Shown one piece after another: positions 62,667-64,000 of a DNA stretch of 64,000 nucleotides. The DNA is from an uncultured Bacteroides sp. (GTDB lineage: Bacteria > Bacteroidota > Bacteroidia > Bacteroidales > Bacteroidaceae), in NCBI GenBank assembly GCA_964444735.1, contig CAYUIJ010000002.1, forward strand, positions 22,781 to 86,780, read 5' to 3'. Every line of letters begins with the position of its first letter. The first letter of the stretch is position 1. The notes under the pieces were generated by a model. It made no database searches. It saw only the letters and a program-made list of their open reading frames with translations, and was not told where the DNA came from. Both the position numbers and the translations under genes were made by a program.

Positions 62667-63992
62667 ATGGCTTTTATCATAGACAAGCAAACCTTAAACG
62701 ACCTGAAGATATTCGGGACTGTACGAGGCAGTTCCATCTACGGCCTTTTCAATACTACCCGCACACGAGGAGGATCGGACATCCTTGAGGAGATGTTCCG
62801 CTATCCTTTGTCGGACGTTGACAAAATCAACCGGCGTGTGGCCATTATCCGGTTTTTCATGGACAGGAAAATCCGTTTTGACTTTCACAACGACTGGTTT
62901 GACACTATTGAGCACTATTTAAGCAATACCGATGAACGTACTCTCCTGCATCCTGCAGGCGATACGTTCCGGAGGCGCCTGAACAGCTATATCGGAGCCG
63001 ATGTGGAATACCGGCAGATACACAAAGGCGTAGTAACCTCAATAGCCCTTGTCAATGCCGTCCGCCATTTTTTGCGGCAGCTGGGCAGTGTTGAAGGAGA
63101 CTATCGCGAAGAAACCGAGAACTTGAGACGGATTTTGGATAATCCGGCCTTTTCATGGATACCCGATGATCTTAAAGTCAAAAAACTCACGTACAAGCAA
63201 ACGGCCCAATACGATGACATTCTGCGCTATAAGGGGCAAGAGGCTTTCCACAAACTGCTGCGACTGCTCTACAACATGGATGTATATGCGGCTATCGCCC
63301 AAGTGACCGACCGGCATCATTTTGTCTTTGCCAAGGCCTTGCCGCCCGGTGACAATATCCTGCGCATTGAAGACCTGCGACACCCCTTGCTTGAAGAAGC
63401 GGTTCCCAACTCCATCCACATGAACGCCATGCACAATGTGGTATTTCTTACCGGTGCCAACATGGCCGGAAAATCCACCTTTATGAAATCGTTCGGCATT
63501 GTGGTATATCTGGCTCACATGGGATTCCCCGTGCCGGTACGGCAGATGGAATTCAGCGTGCGGAACGGCATGTATACCACCATTAACCTGCCCGACAATA
63601 TGAGCTTGGGATACAGCCATTTCTATGCAGAAGTGAAACGGCTCAGGAAAGTGGCCGAACAAGTGAGCCGCACAGACAATCTGATTGTCGTTTTCGATGA
63701 ATTGTTCCGCGGTACCAACGTCAAGGATGCCCACGAAGCCACCGTGGAAGTAATGAAAGCCTTTTCCCGGAAACAAAACTGCCTTTTCATGATTTCGACA
63801 CACATTATCGAAGCCGGAGAAGACCTTAAAAAGGCTTGTGACAACATCAAATACGCATATTTGCCCACCGTGATGCAAAACGGGCATCCCGTCTATACCT
63901 ACAAACTGACGGAAGGTATCACCAATGACCGTCACGGCATGATGATTGTCAACAACGAACATATTATAGACATCTTGAAACCGAAGCTATGA
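62667..63992 (+). CDS. Truncated MutS-family ATPase (lever + ATPase domains only)
   Basis: LRHPLL, TGANMAGKST, SHFYAEV, FDELFRGTN, STH, YKLTEG; no mismatch-recognition or Smr domain seen. Confidence 0.9.
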   Translation: MAFIIDKQTLNDLKIFGTVRGSSIYGLFNTTRTRGGSDILEEMFRYPLSDVDKINRRVAIIRFFMDRKIRFDFHNDWFDTIEHYLSNTDERTLLHPAGDTFRRRLNSYIGADVEYRQIHKGVVTSIALVNAVRHFLRQLGSVEGDYREETENLRRILDNPAFSWIPDDLKVKKLTYKQTAQYDDILRYKGQEAFHKLLRLLYNMDVYAAIAQVTDRHHFVFAKALPPGDNILRIEDLRHPLLEEAVPNSIHMNAMHNVVFLTGANMAGKSTFMKSFGIVVYLAHMGFPVPVRQMEFSVRNGMYTTINLPDNMSLGYSHFYAEVKRLRKVAEQVSRTDNLIVVFDELFRGTNVKDAHEATVEVMKAFSRKQNCLFMISTHIIEAGEDLKKACDNIKYAYLPTVMQNGHPVYTYKLTEGITNDRHGMMIVNNEHIIDILKPKL

Positions 63993-64000
63993 GTTTTACA
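63989..64000 (+). CDS. Start of the next gene (MSFT...), possibly a second MutS-like paralogue
   Basis: ATGA overlap with the preceding stop; MSFT resembles the MAFI start of the first copy. Only 4 codons visible. Confidence 0.45.

Overview
Bacteroidales chromosomal segment, judged from the atpDC-first ATP synthase order, TAnnTTTG promoters and SusC/SusD genes. Left to right: the 5' end of a BREX locus (XRE-HTH, brxA, brxB, start of brxC); housekeeping genes (ppdK, rlmD, RluA, Cof-HAD, FHA, SPOR); a collapsed type III R-M remnant; a signal-peptide nitrilase; the F1Fo operon; an AT-rich decayed element (convergent type II R-M pair, small ORF, DUF2971-like pseudogene, mob remnant); a complete glycine-cleavage operon with split P protein; MBL/rsmG/DUF3298; a GH141-GH31-corrinoid methyltransferase-SSS transporter operon (candidate B12-dependent O-methyl-sugar pathway); TPR/gyrA; clpC/htpG; two tRNA-Arg(ACG). 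It ends in a compositionally distinct operon with no CAZyme in view (SusC, SusD, two lipoproteins, ABC-2/GldAFG-like exporter, MutS-like ATPase, and probably a second MutS-like gene at the edge), my best candidate for an uncharacterised system. All family calls come from motif recognition by eye, not database searches.
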